This document shows, piece after piece, positions 20,693 through 30,358 of a DNA stretch of 32,000 nt. Below the pieces are notes generated by a model. It made no database searches and was not told the DNA's origin. It saw only the letters and a program-made list of their open reading frames with translations. Every line of letters starts with the position of its first letter. Positions within the stretch are counted from its first letter, which is position 1. Source of the stretch: Candidatus Babelota bacterium (GTDB taxonomy: Bacteria > Babelota > Babeliae > Babelales > Vermiphilaceae); the NCBI GenBank assembly GCA_039809905.1, contig JBDHVY010000001.1:420001-452000 (forward strand), given 5' to 3'. Made by a program: the position numbers and the translations under genes.

Positions 20693-21253
20693 ATGAATAT
20701 TATACAAAAACAGTTGATACTTTTGCTGACGTTCAGTGCAAATATATTGCTACCTACCACTCACCCATTTCATGAATCTATTACAGATATTATCAGCAAA
20801 ATTCCTCATTTTAGAGCAACACATCCAGAATTAGTTAAACAATATGAAGCAGCACGCGAAATTGCTGAAAATTCTCCTTCTTATCGCGAATATAACTCAA
20901 CAGGGCACACATTAAAAAATTATCATAAGCAGATTATATCTCGTGCACAAGCATTACAACATGTTTGGTCAGGAGCATTGCCTTTACGTAATGTAATATT
21001 AAATAAATTAAGCGTTACGGATTTTTACGATAATTGCGAGCGCACTCGCCATTTCGGCACACCTCAATGCTTATTATATAATCAGTTAGCTACCGAATTT
21101 AGCGAAAAACATGCACAATTATTATCACAATATAGCGAATTACAAAAAGCTTATTTTGAAAGCGAAGAAGGCCTCAAGCTTAATGCATTAGCAGAACAAG
21201 TAAAAACCGAATACAAGAATCAAATTTGTTTTCCTAAATCTCCTGAAAATTAA
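20693..21253 (+). CDS. secreted hypothetical protein
   Basis: Signal-peptide-like MNIIQKQLILLLTFSANILLPTT; 186 aa. Confidence 0.7.
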   Translation: MNIIQKQLILLLTFSANILLPTTHPFHESITDIISKIPHFRATHPELVKQYEAAREIAENSPSYREYNSTGHTLKNYHKQIISRAQALQHVWSGALPLRNVILNKLSVTDFYDNCERTRHFGTPQCLLYNQLATEFSEKHAQLLSQYSELQKAYFESEEGLKLNALAEQVKTEYKNQICFPKSPEN

Positions 21254-21285
21254 CAAAAACATATAAACAATTAAATAAATTCAAT

Positions 21286-21329
21286 AAAAAACGCAGACTT
21301 CTTGATATATTTCAAGATCTGCGTTTTTT
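21286..21329 (+). terminator. Rho-independent terminator (possibly bidirectional)
   Basis: AAAAAACGCAGA...CTTG..CAAG...TCTGCGTTTTTT. Confidence 0.8.
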
Positions 21330-21378
21330 ATTGTTCATTTATGAGCCTGTATGCTAATAAAAACAAAAAGGGTTTTGT

Positions 21379-22281
21379 ATGAAACATACCAAAAAAATTT
21401 CATTATTTTTACTCACCAACATATCTCTTTTTTTATATACCACTCCACTACAATTATCATTCACCCTTCCTTTTACCATAACAGGCAAAGCGGATAAAAC
21501 CACCTTTTTCCTGCAAGATGCCGCACATAAGGAATTTGTTTTAAAATATCATCCCCGAGGCCCAAGGCGTGCAATTCATGATACACTTGGCGCACAGATA
21601 GGAAAATCTATCGGTCTCAACATTAATGAAGTAGAAATATTTTCACCTGATGACCAATTCAATCAATTATTTAATGATATAAAACCGATATCACCAGCAC
21701 ATACAGGTATAACCACCTTACATTCACGCGTGCCTGGCAAACAAATTAAAGATATTAAATACATGAATGATGATATTTATATAAAACATGGATTATGTAA
21801 AGAAAAGCATTTGAATAGCATCATCCATTACAAACAATTATGTGATATTGTTGCGTTTGATTTATTTATTGATAACACTGACCGCAATAATCGCAACTTT
21901 TTTTTTGATGAAACAACCGATGAATTTTATGCTATCGATATGGATCATGGATTTAAATCAGCCTATGCATTAGTAATGACCAGCAATGAATATGATTTTG
22001 ATACACTTGCTACGCGCGCTTATGATTTTATAAAGAAATTCAAAAAACGACCTTTATATTCCCAAGAAATTAAAGCACTCAAACGTGTTAAACATACCTT
22101 AGAAATACTTGTTCATCGCAATAGCCCTGAAACCATATTCACGCAATGGATGGAAATTGCAGATAAAGCTGACTATGTTTATACCTCACGAGAGCAGGAA
22201 AAGATTAAAAAATACCTTGAATATCACCTCATTCAGATCAATCGCTTAGTTGCCTTGCTTAATGATATCATGAGTACATAA
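21379..22281 (+). CDS. exported PI3/4-kinase-superfamily-like protein (type II PI4K-like catalytic motifs)
   Basis: Signal peptide MKHTKKISLFLLTNISLFLYTT; HKEFVLKYH; IVAFDLFIDNTDRNNRNFFFDETTDEFYAIDMDHGF (DRxxxN and D-x-D-x-G motifs). Confidence 0.7.
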   Translation: MKHTKKISLFLLTNISLFLYTTPLQLSFTLPFTITGKADKTTFFLQDAAHKEFVLKYHPRGPRRAIHDTLGAQIGKSIGLNINEVEIFSPDDQFNQLFNDIKPISPAHTGITTLHSRVPGKQIKDIKYMNDDIYIKHGLCKEKHLNSIIHYKQLCDIVAFDLFIDNTDRNNRNFFFDETTDEFYAIDMDHGFKSAYALVMTSNEYDFDTLATRAYDFIKKFKKRPLYSQEIKALKRVKHTLEILVHRNSPETIFTQWMEIADKADYVYTSREQEKIKKYLEYHLIQINRLVALLNDIMST

Positions 22282-22384
22282 ACCCTTATTATTAGTCATT
22301 TTTATAAAATTTATTTATTTTCAGATGTAATTTTTTATATAATGAGCATGAGAAACTAACTCTCATTAAAAATTATAAGGTTTT

Positions 22385-24631
22385 ATGATGAAAATAAGTA
22401 AAAAAACCGCTATTAAAGCTATAATCATAGCTATATGCACGGCTTTTTCGGTACAAATCATGCCTATGTCTCGAGCATCGCAAATGTTAACTCCTGAGCA
22501 AAAGCGCGCACTTATCGCCAAACGGGCTGTATTTAATAAGGCAAAAGCAACTGCTGCAGCTTCCGCCGTACAAAATCCTATATGGATACGTACAAATGAT
22601 AATAATGTCATTGCAATAGCTCAATGGAAAATAAATGAAATGACGGAACTTTCATCATTAGTAAAAGATCAAGATGGCAAAAACAGCCAAACTAACCCGA
22701 CTAACGTATCCATGCTAACCAGATCTGATTTAGAATTACTTTCAACTGCTCTAGATAAAATATCATCTGGTCAATTTGATCAATATTATGAAAGTCTAAA
22801 ACCAGAATATGTAAAAAGTCTTACCGATAAAAATGTTGGCCCAGGACAATTGCGTAATCTTATTACTCTGGCAGGCACAATCAAAGCAACTACGCTTTCT
22901 GCATTTTTAGCTTCTTATTTTTTACCTAATGATATGCAAAAATATTTAATGGTTCCACAAATTGTATCTCCTGTGGCTGATTACTTAAAAAGCGAAATCG
23001 TGAAAAAAAATAGACTTCATCAAGCGCCTCTCATTGGCCATGAAGGAAAACTCGTCAACGTGGAATTTAGTAAAGATAGCACCGTTGCAGTAACAAGTGC
23101 AGAAGGAGAACATAATAATATTATTACCTGGAACATACCAGCAGGTCAACAATTGCAAACTTTTACTATTTCAGAAGGCGAGATAGATGGCGTACAAATC
23201 AATAACGACGGAAGTAGAATTGCAGCAATTGTATCAAAGAATTTTGAAATGCAAGAATTATTTAATAAGAATGAACAACCAACAACTGAAACAAAAGAAA
23301 TTCTTATCTTATGGGATGCAAAAACAGGCAGACAAATTAAGATCTTTGATAATTTACCCGATACCACCATCTTTTTCATAGAATTTAGTAGCGATGGAAA
23401 AAGAATAGTGATTCCAGTTGGACATGAAGTTACTGTTACAAATCCTGAACAAGAAGAAAAAGGATATATCATAATTGCTGATAGTGAAACAGGCAATATA
23501 ATTGCAACTCATGAAGTAGCAAATAACTATCCAGATGTCCAACCTAATCCTAATGGCAATACCTTATTAGCAAGATCAGAATCAGACCTTATTCTTTATG
23601 ATATTAACACAGGTCAAAAAATCAAAAAATTGGATGGGCCTACTGAAATAATTTATGATGCGAACTATAGCGGAGATGGAACGAAAATAATTGCACGTGA
23701 TTTTACAGCTCAAACAATTTTTATCTGGAATGGAAATACCGGAGAACAAATAACACAATTTAATAATATTGTTCCAAATGCATTTGCGATCAATCATGAT
23801 GGAACAAAAATGGCTACGGTTTCTCTATCCGAAACTACTGACACTATTTCTATATGGGATGTTGCAACAAAAACCGTAACTCATACTATTGATAGTAAGC
23901 AAACTGAAGTTACCTCTACACAATTTAGTCCTGATAGCCGAATGATTATTTCAACAGGTCTTGGTGATAAAAATATAATTTTATGGGATGCTCTTACCGG
24001 AAAGCAATTACACGCACTCAATCATAGTAACAACCTTCCTGATGTTAACTTTAGTTCCGATGGAAAACGCATTAAATCTCATTCTAGCCCGGCAATAGGT
24101 GAAGAAAAATGCACTACAATGTTATGGAATACTGACACAGGAAAAAAAATACACACATTTATTGCAGAACATGATTTATTAGAAGAGGATTCAAATTTTA
24201 TTAATATAATAAGTCCTGATGATACAAATAATCGCAACTTTATTCTCTGGACATCATTAAGTAAGGACGAACGCAATACTTTAGAAAAAATAGAAAACAA
24301 TCTGAATATCGATCAAGCACATTTATTGTATCAGTTGTATATGGCAAAGATCAGTAACACTCTTATTTCTCTCTCTGATAAGCAACAACTAGCAAGCCTT
24401 CCAGCTGATATTCTTAGCATAGTAAATACATACCTTAAGCCAACTCCATTGCCAAAAGCTACTTTAGCATTAAAACCACAACCGTTTGAACAACCTGCTA
24501 TGGTAACAACGTTATCAAAAACAGCTCCTGTAAAATCACAACCACTTAAGCAACCAGCAAAGCCCATACAAGAACCAGAAATACGAAAATCACAAACATG
24601 GGCTGATTGGGCACGTAGTTGGTGGAAGTAA
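22385..24631 (+). CDS. large secreted WD40-repeat protein
   Basis: 748 aa with many repeats e.g. LVNVEFSKDSTVAVTSAEGEHNNIITWNIPAGQQLQTF, STQFSPDSRMIISTGLGDKNIILWDALTGKQLHAL; N-terminal hydrophobic segment. Confidence 0.85.
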   Translation: MMKISKKTAIKAIIIAICTAFSVQIMPMSRASQMLTPEQKRALIAKRAVFNKAKATAAASAVQNPIWIRTNDNNVIAIAQWKINEMTELSSLVKDQDGKNSQTNPTNVSMLTRSDLELLSTALDKISSGQFDQYYESLKPEYVKSLTDKNVGPGQLRNLITLAGTIKATTLSAFLASYFLPNDMQKYLMVPQIVSPVADYLKSEIVKKNRLHQAPLIGHEGKLVNVEFSKDSTVAVTSAEGEHNNIITWNIPAGQQLQTFTISEGEIDGVQINNDGSRIAAIVSKNFEMQELFNKNEQPTTETKEILILWDAKTGRQIKIFDNLPDTTIFFIEFSSDGKRIVIPVGHEVTVTNPEQEEKGYIIIADSETGNIIATHEVANNYPDVQPNPNGNTLLARSESDLILYDINTGQKIKKLDGPTEIIYDANYSGDGTKIIARDFTAQTIFIWNGNTGEQITQFNNIVPNAFAINHDGTKMATVSLSETTDTISIWDVATKTVTHTIDSKQTEVTSTQFSPDSRMIISTGLGDKNIILWDALTGKQLHALNHSNNLPDVNFSSDGKRIKSHSSPAIGEEKCTTMLWNTDTGKKIHTFIAEHDLLEEDSNFINIISPDDTNNRNFILWTSLSKDERNTLEKIENNLNIDQAHLLYQLYMAKISNTLISLSDKQQLASLPADILSIVNTYLKPTPLPKATLALKPQPFEQPAMVTTLSKTAPVKSQPLKQPAKPIQEPEIRKSQTWADWARSWWK

Positions 24632-24637
24632 GATTTA

Positions 24638-24958
24638 TTAATCTTTTAAAGAATGCGTATGTTTGCTGCCATCAGATAAATCAATATGCAAAACTTCTTT
24701 TTCGTCCAAACGCATATTGCGTACAGGCTTGCCATAGTTAAGCAAGGCAGTTTTTTCTCGACAGGAATCATATACAAAGATTGGATACATAACCTGAAGC
24801 TTCGGTACAGATATTGTGCGTTTACCATAATAATTCGCAGAGACATCTTTGTTAAATTTAACGGAAAAAGGTTTGCTAGCATCTTCACTCGCATTCAACA
24901 AAAAACTTACACAACAGCTAACTATCGTTAATATTTTAACTCTATTTCTTAAAAACAT
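24638..24958 (-). CDS. small secreted hypothetical protein
   Basis: Signal peptide MFLRNRVKILTIVSCCVSFLLNASED; 106 aa. Confidence 0.6.
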   Translation of the reverse strand: MFLRNRVKILTIVSCCVSFLLNASEDASKPFSVKFNKDVSANYYGKRTISVPKLQVMYPIFVYDSCREKTALLNYGKPVRNMRLDEKEVLHIDLSDGSKHTHSLKD

Positions 24959-24994
24959 TTTTCCCCCCTTTGATTATTTATATAGCAATCATTT

Positions 24995-26707
24995 TTATGT
25001 TTTCATCAAACCACTTGCACCCGATAAACTACCAAGAACATATTTCACGTCTTCATCACCAAATCGCATGCCAAGTCCGACAAATATATTAGCATTCTGT
25101 TTACTCACAAAATCATCCGCACCGAAGGTGAAATAAATATTGCGCATTACATACATTCTATTAAGCCACTTAAGGTGTGGACGTTTATCTTGATGGAATT
25201 TAGTTGGTCCTCTGCGATTAAAGCCACGGAAATCAAATCCTTCAAACGTTGTTACCCAACGGAATTTATCATTTTTGAATGGAAACTCATAATCAGCGCC
25301 AAGACCTGCAAACCCATCCATTAATCCAATACGTAATGCAACATCTCCAAATATTTTACCAAATTGCAACCCAATACGTATGCCATTGCGATCAAACCAT
25401 AATTTTTGCTGACGATAAACTGGTTTTAATTTTTCTTCTGATACTAATGTATTTTCATAAAAATTATCCGATAATAATTGTGGCCGAGCATCTGCAGCTG
25501 CTGGTGGATTAAATTGTTTTGCTGGATCAATGAAATCAAGATTATCATTGGTATAGACATATTCTTTATCTCTACGATATGCAAAACCTTTTTCAGAACT
25601 GGTTATTTGTATTAAATAAAAATGTTCTTCATTCGGGTGAACTCGAATATCAAAATATCCTTTTGAATCTTCATAGCGATAATTTTCCGCCGGACGGTGC
25701 ATCGTTTCAAAATGCGTATCAAATAAAATTTGCAAACGATCAAGTTTGCTTACATAATTTTTAAAGCCCGATACGGCAACTTTAAGATCTCTATAGGTTT
25801 CATCTTCATTAACGAGTTTACCCAGTAGACCTTTTCCTTCATCAATTTTTTCTGCAACAGAACTAACACTACGCAATCCATCACGTGCTTGTGCAGCCGC
25901 TTCTTCAAGTGCGTCAGTTGTTACTTCAACTCTTCCTGCTATGCGTCCAAAATCACGATCAAAGACATTTGATATTTTTTCGATACTTTCTTGAAACGAA
26001 GGAAACACATTATTTTCTAAACGATCAGCGAGCATACGTACATTTGTACCAATTTCTAAAAATGCATCAATATTTTCTTCATTACGAACAAACGAACGCT
26101 CAATAACATTTGTTACGGTAGAAAATTTTTCTGCGGCATTATCAAGATTAGTGATAAATGATTTGAGCTGGTCAACTCCTTGCGGTCCTGCTAATGCTTC
26201 TTTAACCGATTCACTTACTTCACGTACATTTCCAGCAATTTCTCTAAATTCACGCAATAAATCATCAAGATCAACAGGATCCATTGTTGATTTTTGCAGA
26301 GCTTCACCTTCACTGAGCGTACGCAATAATGAATCACCCGGAACTAAATCTATGTATTTTGGCCCTAAAAGACCATCTTGACGAACAATAGCACATGCAT
26401 TTTGATATAAAGGATATTCAGCTGAAACCATTGCTATGGCTTCCGCTTTTGCTTCAGTTTTTGAATCGGAACTAGAAAGAAGCGTTATTTCTTCTACCCA
26501 ACCAACTTTTACTCCAGCAATTTTTACCGCAGCTTTACGCGATAATCCTGAAATATCATGGAAATATAATACGTATTTTGTATATTGTGCGCGATCAAAA
26601 CGAAATGCTCCAATTTTAAAGCCCATATAACCAAAAACGGCAAGTGCTATTAAAACAAAGATTCCAACACGCGTCTCTATTTTACCTTGCAAACTAATAT
26701 TCCCCAT
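24995..26707 (-). CDS. MCE/MlaD-family protein with long helical region and beta-strand-rich C-terminal domain
   Basis: KIETRVGIFVLIALAVFGYMGFKI ... YFHDISGLSRKAAVKIAGVKVGWVEEI ... QDGLLGPKYIDLVPG (MCE core); C-terminus FGADDFVSKQNANIFVGLGMRFGDED. Confidence 0.85.
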   Translation of the reverse strand: MGNISLQGKIETRVGIFVLIALAVFGYMGFKIGAFRFDRAQYTKYVLYFHDISGLSRKAAVKIAGVKVGWVEEITLLSSSDSKTEAKAEAIAMVSAEYPLYQNACAIVRQDGLLGPKYIDLVPGDSLLRTLSEGEALQKSTMDPVDLDDLLREFREIAGNVREVSESVKEALAGPQGVDQLKSFITNLDNAAEKFSTVTNVIERSFVRNEENIDAFLEIGTNVRMLADRLENNVFPSFQESIEKISNVFDRDFGRIAGRVEVTTDALEEAAAQARDGLRSVSSVAEKIDEGKGLLGKLVNEDETYRDLKVAVSGFKNYVSKLDRLQILFDTHFETMHRPAENYRYEDSKGYFDIRVHPNEEHFYLIQITSSEKGFAYRRDKEYVYTNDNLDFIDPAKQFNPPAAADARPQLLSDNFYENTLVSEEKLKPVYRQQKLWFDRNGIRIGLQFGKIFGDVALRIGLMDGFAGLGADYEFPFKNDKFRWVTTFEGFDFRGFNRRGPTKFHQDKRPHLKWLNRMYVMRNIYFTFGADDFVSKQNANIFVGLGMRFGDEDVKYVLGSLSGASGLMKT

Positions 26708-26730
26708 GTTTCATTTCATTCCACACGGGG
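26702..26730 (-). repeat. G/C-run hairpin element, copy E8
   Basis: Minus strand ATTCTATTACGGGATCCCCGTGT-ggaatgaaatgaa-ACATGGGG; 8-bp stem with one G.U as RNA. Confidence 0.75.
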
Positions 26731-26755
26731 ATCCCGTAATAGAATGAGAAACTGT

Positions 26756-27859
26756 TTAAAGCCAGTATAATTTTTTTATTATAACATCATATTCAATATT
26801 ATCACCTTGTACACTCTTATTTCTCTCCAAAATCGCGTATACATTTTGTGTCATGTTGCCAACGGTAGCTTGTACACGTACAGAAAAATATTTTGGTGCA
26901 AATGTTGTACTCAGCATTGAGTCTATATTTTTAGGCAAAGTCCGCAACTCTTTCCCATATATTGGCATCAAAATTGTTTGCCAATCCTGTTGCCAATTTG
27001 ATCGTTCTTTAAAATTCTTGAGCCAACCTTCAGTTTGCTCTTTTCTTTTTTTTATATCATCAACTTCTACTCGTGGCAATCCTAATAATCCATTTATTGA
27101 ATCTGAAAAAAGCCATGGCTCAATTTTATCAGAACTCGACCATACCGTAAAAATATCTGTTAAATAAATAGTATCTTGTTTTTTTATTGTTGGAGGTTGA
27201 TAAAACAATATATCTTTGAAAGAATTAAATTCCTTTCTTACTATTAATTCTGTTGCATCATTAAAAGGATATTGCATTTCTTTTATTATTTTTTCAAATG
27301 CAGGAAACAAATCTGATGTTTTGGTAATGCGCTCAATTGATTTACATAGTTCCTGCATTATAGCTTTCCAGCCTGATTTTTCAGTTCCGTAAAATGCATT
27401 TTTCTTAAAATCAATAATACGATTTAAATTAATTTTTCCCTCTTCACACATCAAACATATGCTTATTTTCCCATCAATACCGTCTACATTTTCTGATAAA
27501 TCAAAATCTTGCCAACGATTGAGACTTGGTAATATGCGTGATAAAAATTCTTTTTCCGGATTATTTTTTGACGAGGTTTTGCCACCTGATTTCTCTTCTT
27601 CTTTTGGCTGCTCTTTTTCTTGTTTCGTAGGTGATTGCGCTAATTGCGCAATTGCCACTTGAACACCGCTGAGCGCTAACGTTTTTGCTTTTTCACGTTC
27701 AATAATCATATGTGAAAATGGCATATAATATGATCCACGATGTCCCACATAGGTAGCAACTACCATTGCTGCTCCAATGGCAAGAAATGTAAAAATCATT
27801 ATGTAGCCGGGGTTGGCTTTTTTAGGCTTATGCCCCTTAAGAAACTTATTTAATTTCAT
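26756..27859 (-). CDS. gspK: General secretion pathway protein K-like minor pseudopilin
   Basis: PGYIMIFTFLAIGAAMVVATYVG N-terminus, large periplasmic domain, position at end of gspFGHIJ cluster. Confidence 0.7.
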   Translation of the reverse strand: MKLNKFLKGHKPKKANPGYIMIFTFLAIGAAMVVATYVGHRGSYYMPFSHMIIEREKAKTLALSGVQVAIAQLAQSPTKQEKEQPKEEEKSGGKTSSKNNPEKEFLSRILPSLNRWQDFDLSENVDGIDGKISICLMCEEGKINLNRIIDFKKNAFYGTEKSGWKAIMQELCKSIERITKTSDLFPAFEKIIKEMQYPFNDATELIVRKEFNSFKDILFYQPPTIKKQDTIYLTDIFTVWSSSDKIEPWLFSDSINGLLGLPRVEVDDIKKRKEQTEGWLKNFKERSNWQQDWQTILMPIYGKELRTLPKNIDSMLSTTFAPKYFSVRVQATVGNMTQNVYAILERNKSVQGDNIEYDVIIKKLYWL

Positions 27860-27868
27860 AAATCATAA

Positions 27869-28942
27869 TCACATACTTTTTAAAAGCTTTGTTAAACTGC
27901 CCAATGTGTTGGTGAGTGTTTCAATAACAACCGTTTCCTTTGTTACCATTGGATTACCTACATTACCATTGCGAGCAACCATCTGCCCTGGTTTGTTTGG
28001 TTTATTTTCAGGCTTTTCCGATTTTGGCTCAACCTTTTTTTCTTGTTGTGGTTGTTGTTCGTTTTCTTGTTGCGCATGTAAAGAATCAACAGGAATCTCA
28101 CAGACAATAGTAAATTCTTCATCTTTTGTATGCAGTTTATCCCATAACGTTATTTTAAATTCAACCGCATAAGGAATTCGCGGAAATTCTGGTTCTTGTT
28201 TTTGATCAGCTTGTTTATTCTTATCCTTTTTTTGTTCGCTTATCCATTCTGGCTGAACTTTATATTCATATGATATTTTTTGCTTGTCGTGCGATTTTTG
28301 TTCAGCTTTTTTCTCTTCTTTTTTTTCAAGACGTGCCGTAAAACTCACCGTTATTTTTTTTATACCACCAATAATTTCATATGGCCGAACATTTTTATAA
28401 TCAGCCAGATCAAGTTCATTACCTTCTTGGCGAAACAGTGCATAAGAATCTTTTATACCTTGTTCTGGTTTTACGGTATATTGCACGCGAACAACTTTTG
28501 GTTTTACCGTACCAACATCTTTACCAACAAAAACAACCAATGGATTATTGGTCACGAATGAAAGTGTATCAAGCATGCCATTTTTATTGGTGCTATAAAA
28601 TATTTTTTCTATTGGCTTTGCTTGTTTTTTTTGGCCTTCTTTTTGGCCACCTTGCGCAGCTTGGGATGTATCAGGTTTCTCACCAGCAGAAAGAGCTTCT
28701 TCTATATCACCTTCTTCAGCTTGTACAGGAACAAATGAACCTGCTAAATCTTTTTCTAATTGATTGGCAACAATAGCAATACGTTCTGATGTACTAATAA
28801 GATCATCCACAAAAGCCTGAACCTTATTTCCTTGATACAATGCAGTTAAAAGAACAGTACTTACCATTGATGCTATTAACGTAGCAACGATAAGTTCAAT
28901 CAACATGAAACCAGACAAACTGTTTTTTTTTATTTTTGTCAT
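27869..28942 (-). CDS. gspJ: General secretion pathway protein J-like pseudopilin with charged insertions
   Basis: SGFMLIELIVATLIASMVSTVLLTALYQG prepilin motif; synteny. Confidence 0.65.
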   Translation of the reverse strand: MTKIKKNSLSGFMLIELIVATLIASMVSTVLLTALYQGNKVQAFVDDLISTSERIAIVANQLEKDLAGSFVPVQAEEGDIEEALSAGEKPDTSQAAQGGQKEGQKKQAKPIEKIFYSTNKNGMLDTLSFVTNNPLVVFVGKDVGTVKPKVVRVQYTVKPEQGIKDSYALFRQEGNELDLADYKNVRPYEIIGGIKKITVSFTARLEKKEEKKAEQKSHDKQKISYEYKVQPEWISEQKKDKNKQADQKQEPEFPRIPYAVEFKITLWDKLHTKDEEFTIVCEIPVDSLHAQQENEQQPQQEKKVEPKSEKPENKPNKPGQMVARNGNVGNPMVTKETVVIETLTNTLGSLTKLLKSM

Positions 28943-29373
28943 AATTTTTTCTGCTCTGGTTTTTTATACACAAAAGCCACTAATTGTTCTTCTTTTTTCT
29001 GCCGATCTTCCATCCATGAAATCGTAACAACTTCTCTATGAAGCCCTTCCAACGATTTCAATGTTGATTTTTGATCGACACCTTTTTCAAGAGAATAGGT
29101 AAGCGTTGTATCAAAAGCAACCTCTTTTTTTTCAAGCGAAAAACTTTGTGCTTGTGGCTCTTGTTTTTGATGCGCTTCTTGTAAAAAATTTTTACACAGT
29201 ATAATCAAATTATATGAACGAGATGAACTGCTTACTCGTTGCATTATCATGGTATACATAAGAGAAATGGGAGAAAGAAGCAATGCAGCGATCAGCACTG
29301 ATAACATAACTTCAATTAAAGTAAAGCCAACTTTATGGTTTTTGGAATGTATCATATGCTTTAAACTGCGCAC
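28939..29373 (-). CDS. gspI: General secretion pathway protein I-like pseudopilin
   Basis: VGFTLIEVMLSVLIAALLLSPISLMYTMI prepilin motif; synteny; overlaps gspJ start by 4 nt. Confidence 0.65.
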   Translation of the reverse strand: MRSLKHMIHSKNHKVGFTLIEVMLSVLIAALLLSPISLMYTMIMQRVSSSSRSYNLIILCKNFLQEAHQKQEPQAQSFSLEKKEVAFDTTLTYSLEKGVDQKSTLKSLEGLHREVVTISWMEDRQKKEEQLVAFVYKKPEQKKL

Positions 29374-29890
29374 TAAAAGGGTTAAGTACTAGTCCTATAG
29401 GACGAACATGATCATTCAAAAGGTCTTTTGTATCATTAAAATTAATAACCACATTCTGCACCATGCCATCAGGGATAATATAAAACCAAACAGATGCCGT
29501 TTTGCTTTGCGCAAACTTTGCCATCATATCAAATCCTTCAATAAAAAATTGTTTGATAACAATCTGATCAGGAATAATAAATGATGCATCTTGAACAGGA
29601 TTAACTAATGGCTTAAATAGACCTTCTCCCGATTTATCTTTTTCATTGGATTCAACGGTTAACGAAATTTCTTTTTTGCCAACATCAACGGTAACACGAT
29701 GTGTTTTATGAGTAAGCAATCCTTGTTGCCAACCAAATTGAACCAGACTATTGAATCGCGCTATAAACGATTCCCGTTCATAGCGCGGCGTTGATCGTTG
29801 AAAATTGGGTACTATCATAGTACCTAAAATACCAATAATCATAATCACTATCAGCAATTCTAACAAAGAAAAACCACTATATTTATTCAT
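29333..29890 (-). CDS. gspH: General secretion pathway protein H-like pseudopilin
   Basis: SGFSLLELLIVIMIIGILGTMIVPNFQRS prepilin motif; synteny. Confidence 0.7.
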   Translation of the reverse strand: MNKYSGFSLLELLIVIMIIGILGTMIVPNFQRSTPRYERESFIARFNSLVQFGWQQGLLTHKTHRVTVDVGKKEISLTVESNEKDKSGEGLFKPLVNPVQDASFIIPDQIVIKQFFIEGFDMMAKFAQSKTASVWFYIIPDGMVQNVVINFNDTKDLLNDHVRPIGLVLNPFSAQFKAYDTFQKP

Positions 29891-30335
29891 CCCAAACGCT
29901 TATCCATTCCTCTTTTGGAGAACCTTTACCATTTGGACCGTAGGATAACAACTCATATGGTCTCTTGGATCCTTCTGGATTCACTTTATAAGAATACTTA
30001 TTGCTCCACGGATCTTCTGGTGCTTCTTCTATTTCAACATATGGCCCTTGCCATTTTTTGGAAGCACGTTCATCTTTTGGTCGCTTACCTAGATCCATTA
30101 GTTTTTGAGGAAGAACACCAGTATGTGTTTTATACATCATAATAGCATCTTTAAAACTCTTCATTTCAGTCCGAGCCGTTGTTTTTTTTGCATTATCAAG
30201 CATTTGAAAAACTTTAGGACCAACCAATCCCGCAACAAGACCCAAAATCATCACTGCAATCATAATTTCCATTAAAGAAAATCCAGCACGTGCATACCGA
30301 TGCACATTATTATCAGCGTATGACACAGTTGCCAT
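29883..30335 (-). CDS. gspG: Type II secretion major pseudopilin G
   Basis: AGFSLMEIMIAVMILGLVAGLVGPKVFQMLDNAKKTTARTEMKSFKDAIMMYKTHTGVLP...DPWSNKYSYK; start at MATVSYADN with AAAGGAG RBS. Confidence 0.92.
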   Translation of the reverse strand: MATVSYADNNVHRYARAGFSLMEIMIAVMILGLVAGLVGPKVFQMLDNAKKTTARTEMKSFKDAIMMYKTHTGVLPQKLMDLGKRPKDERASKKWQGPYVEIEEAPEDPWSNKYSYKVNPEGSKRPYELLSYGPNGKGSPKEEWISVWDE

Positions 30336-30358
30336 AAAAACTCCTTTGTTAATAATTA

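Noticed and set aside
28280-28776. Plus-strand ORFs inside the gspJ region
   Set aside because: Phe/Leu-rich antisense of K/E/Q-rich coding sequence (AAG/GAA to CTT/TTC), with the sense frame supported by a prepilin motif and synteny.
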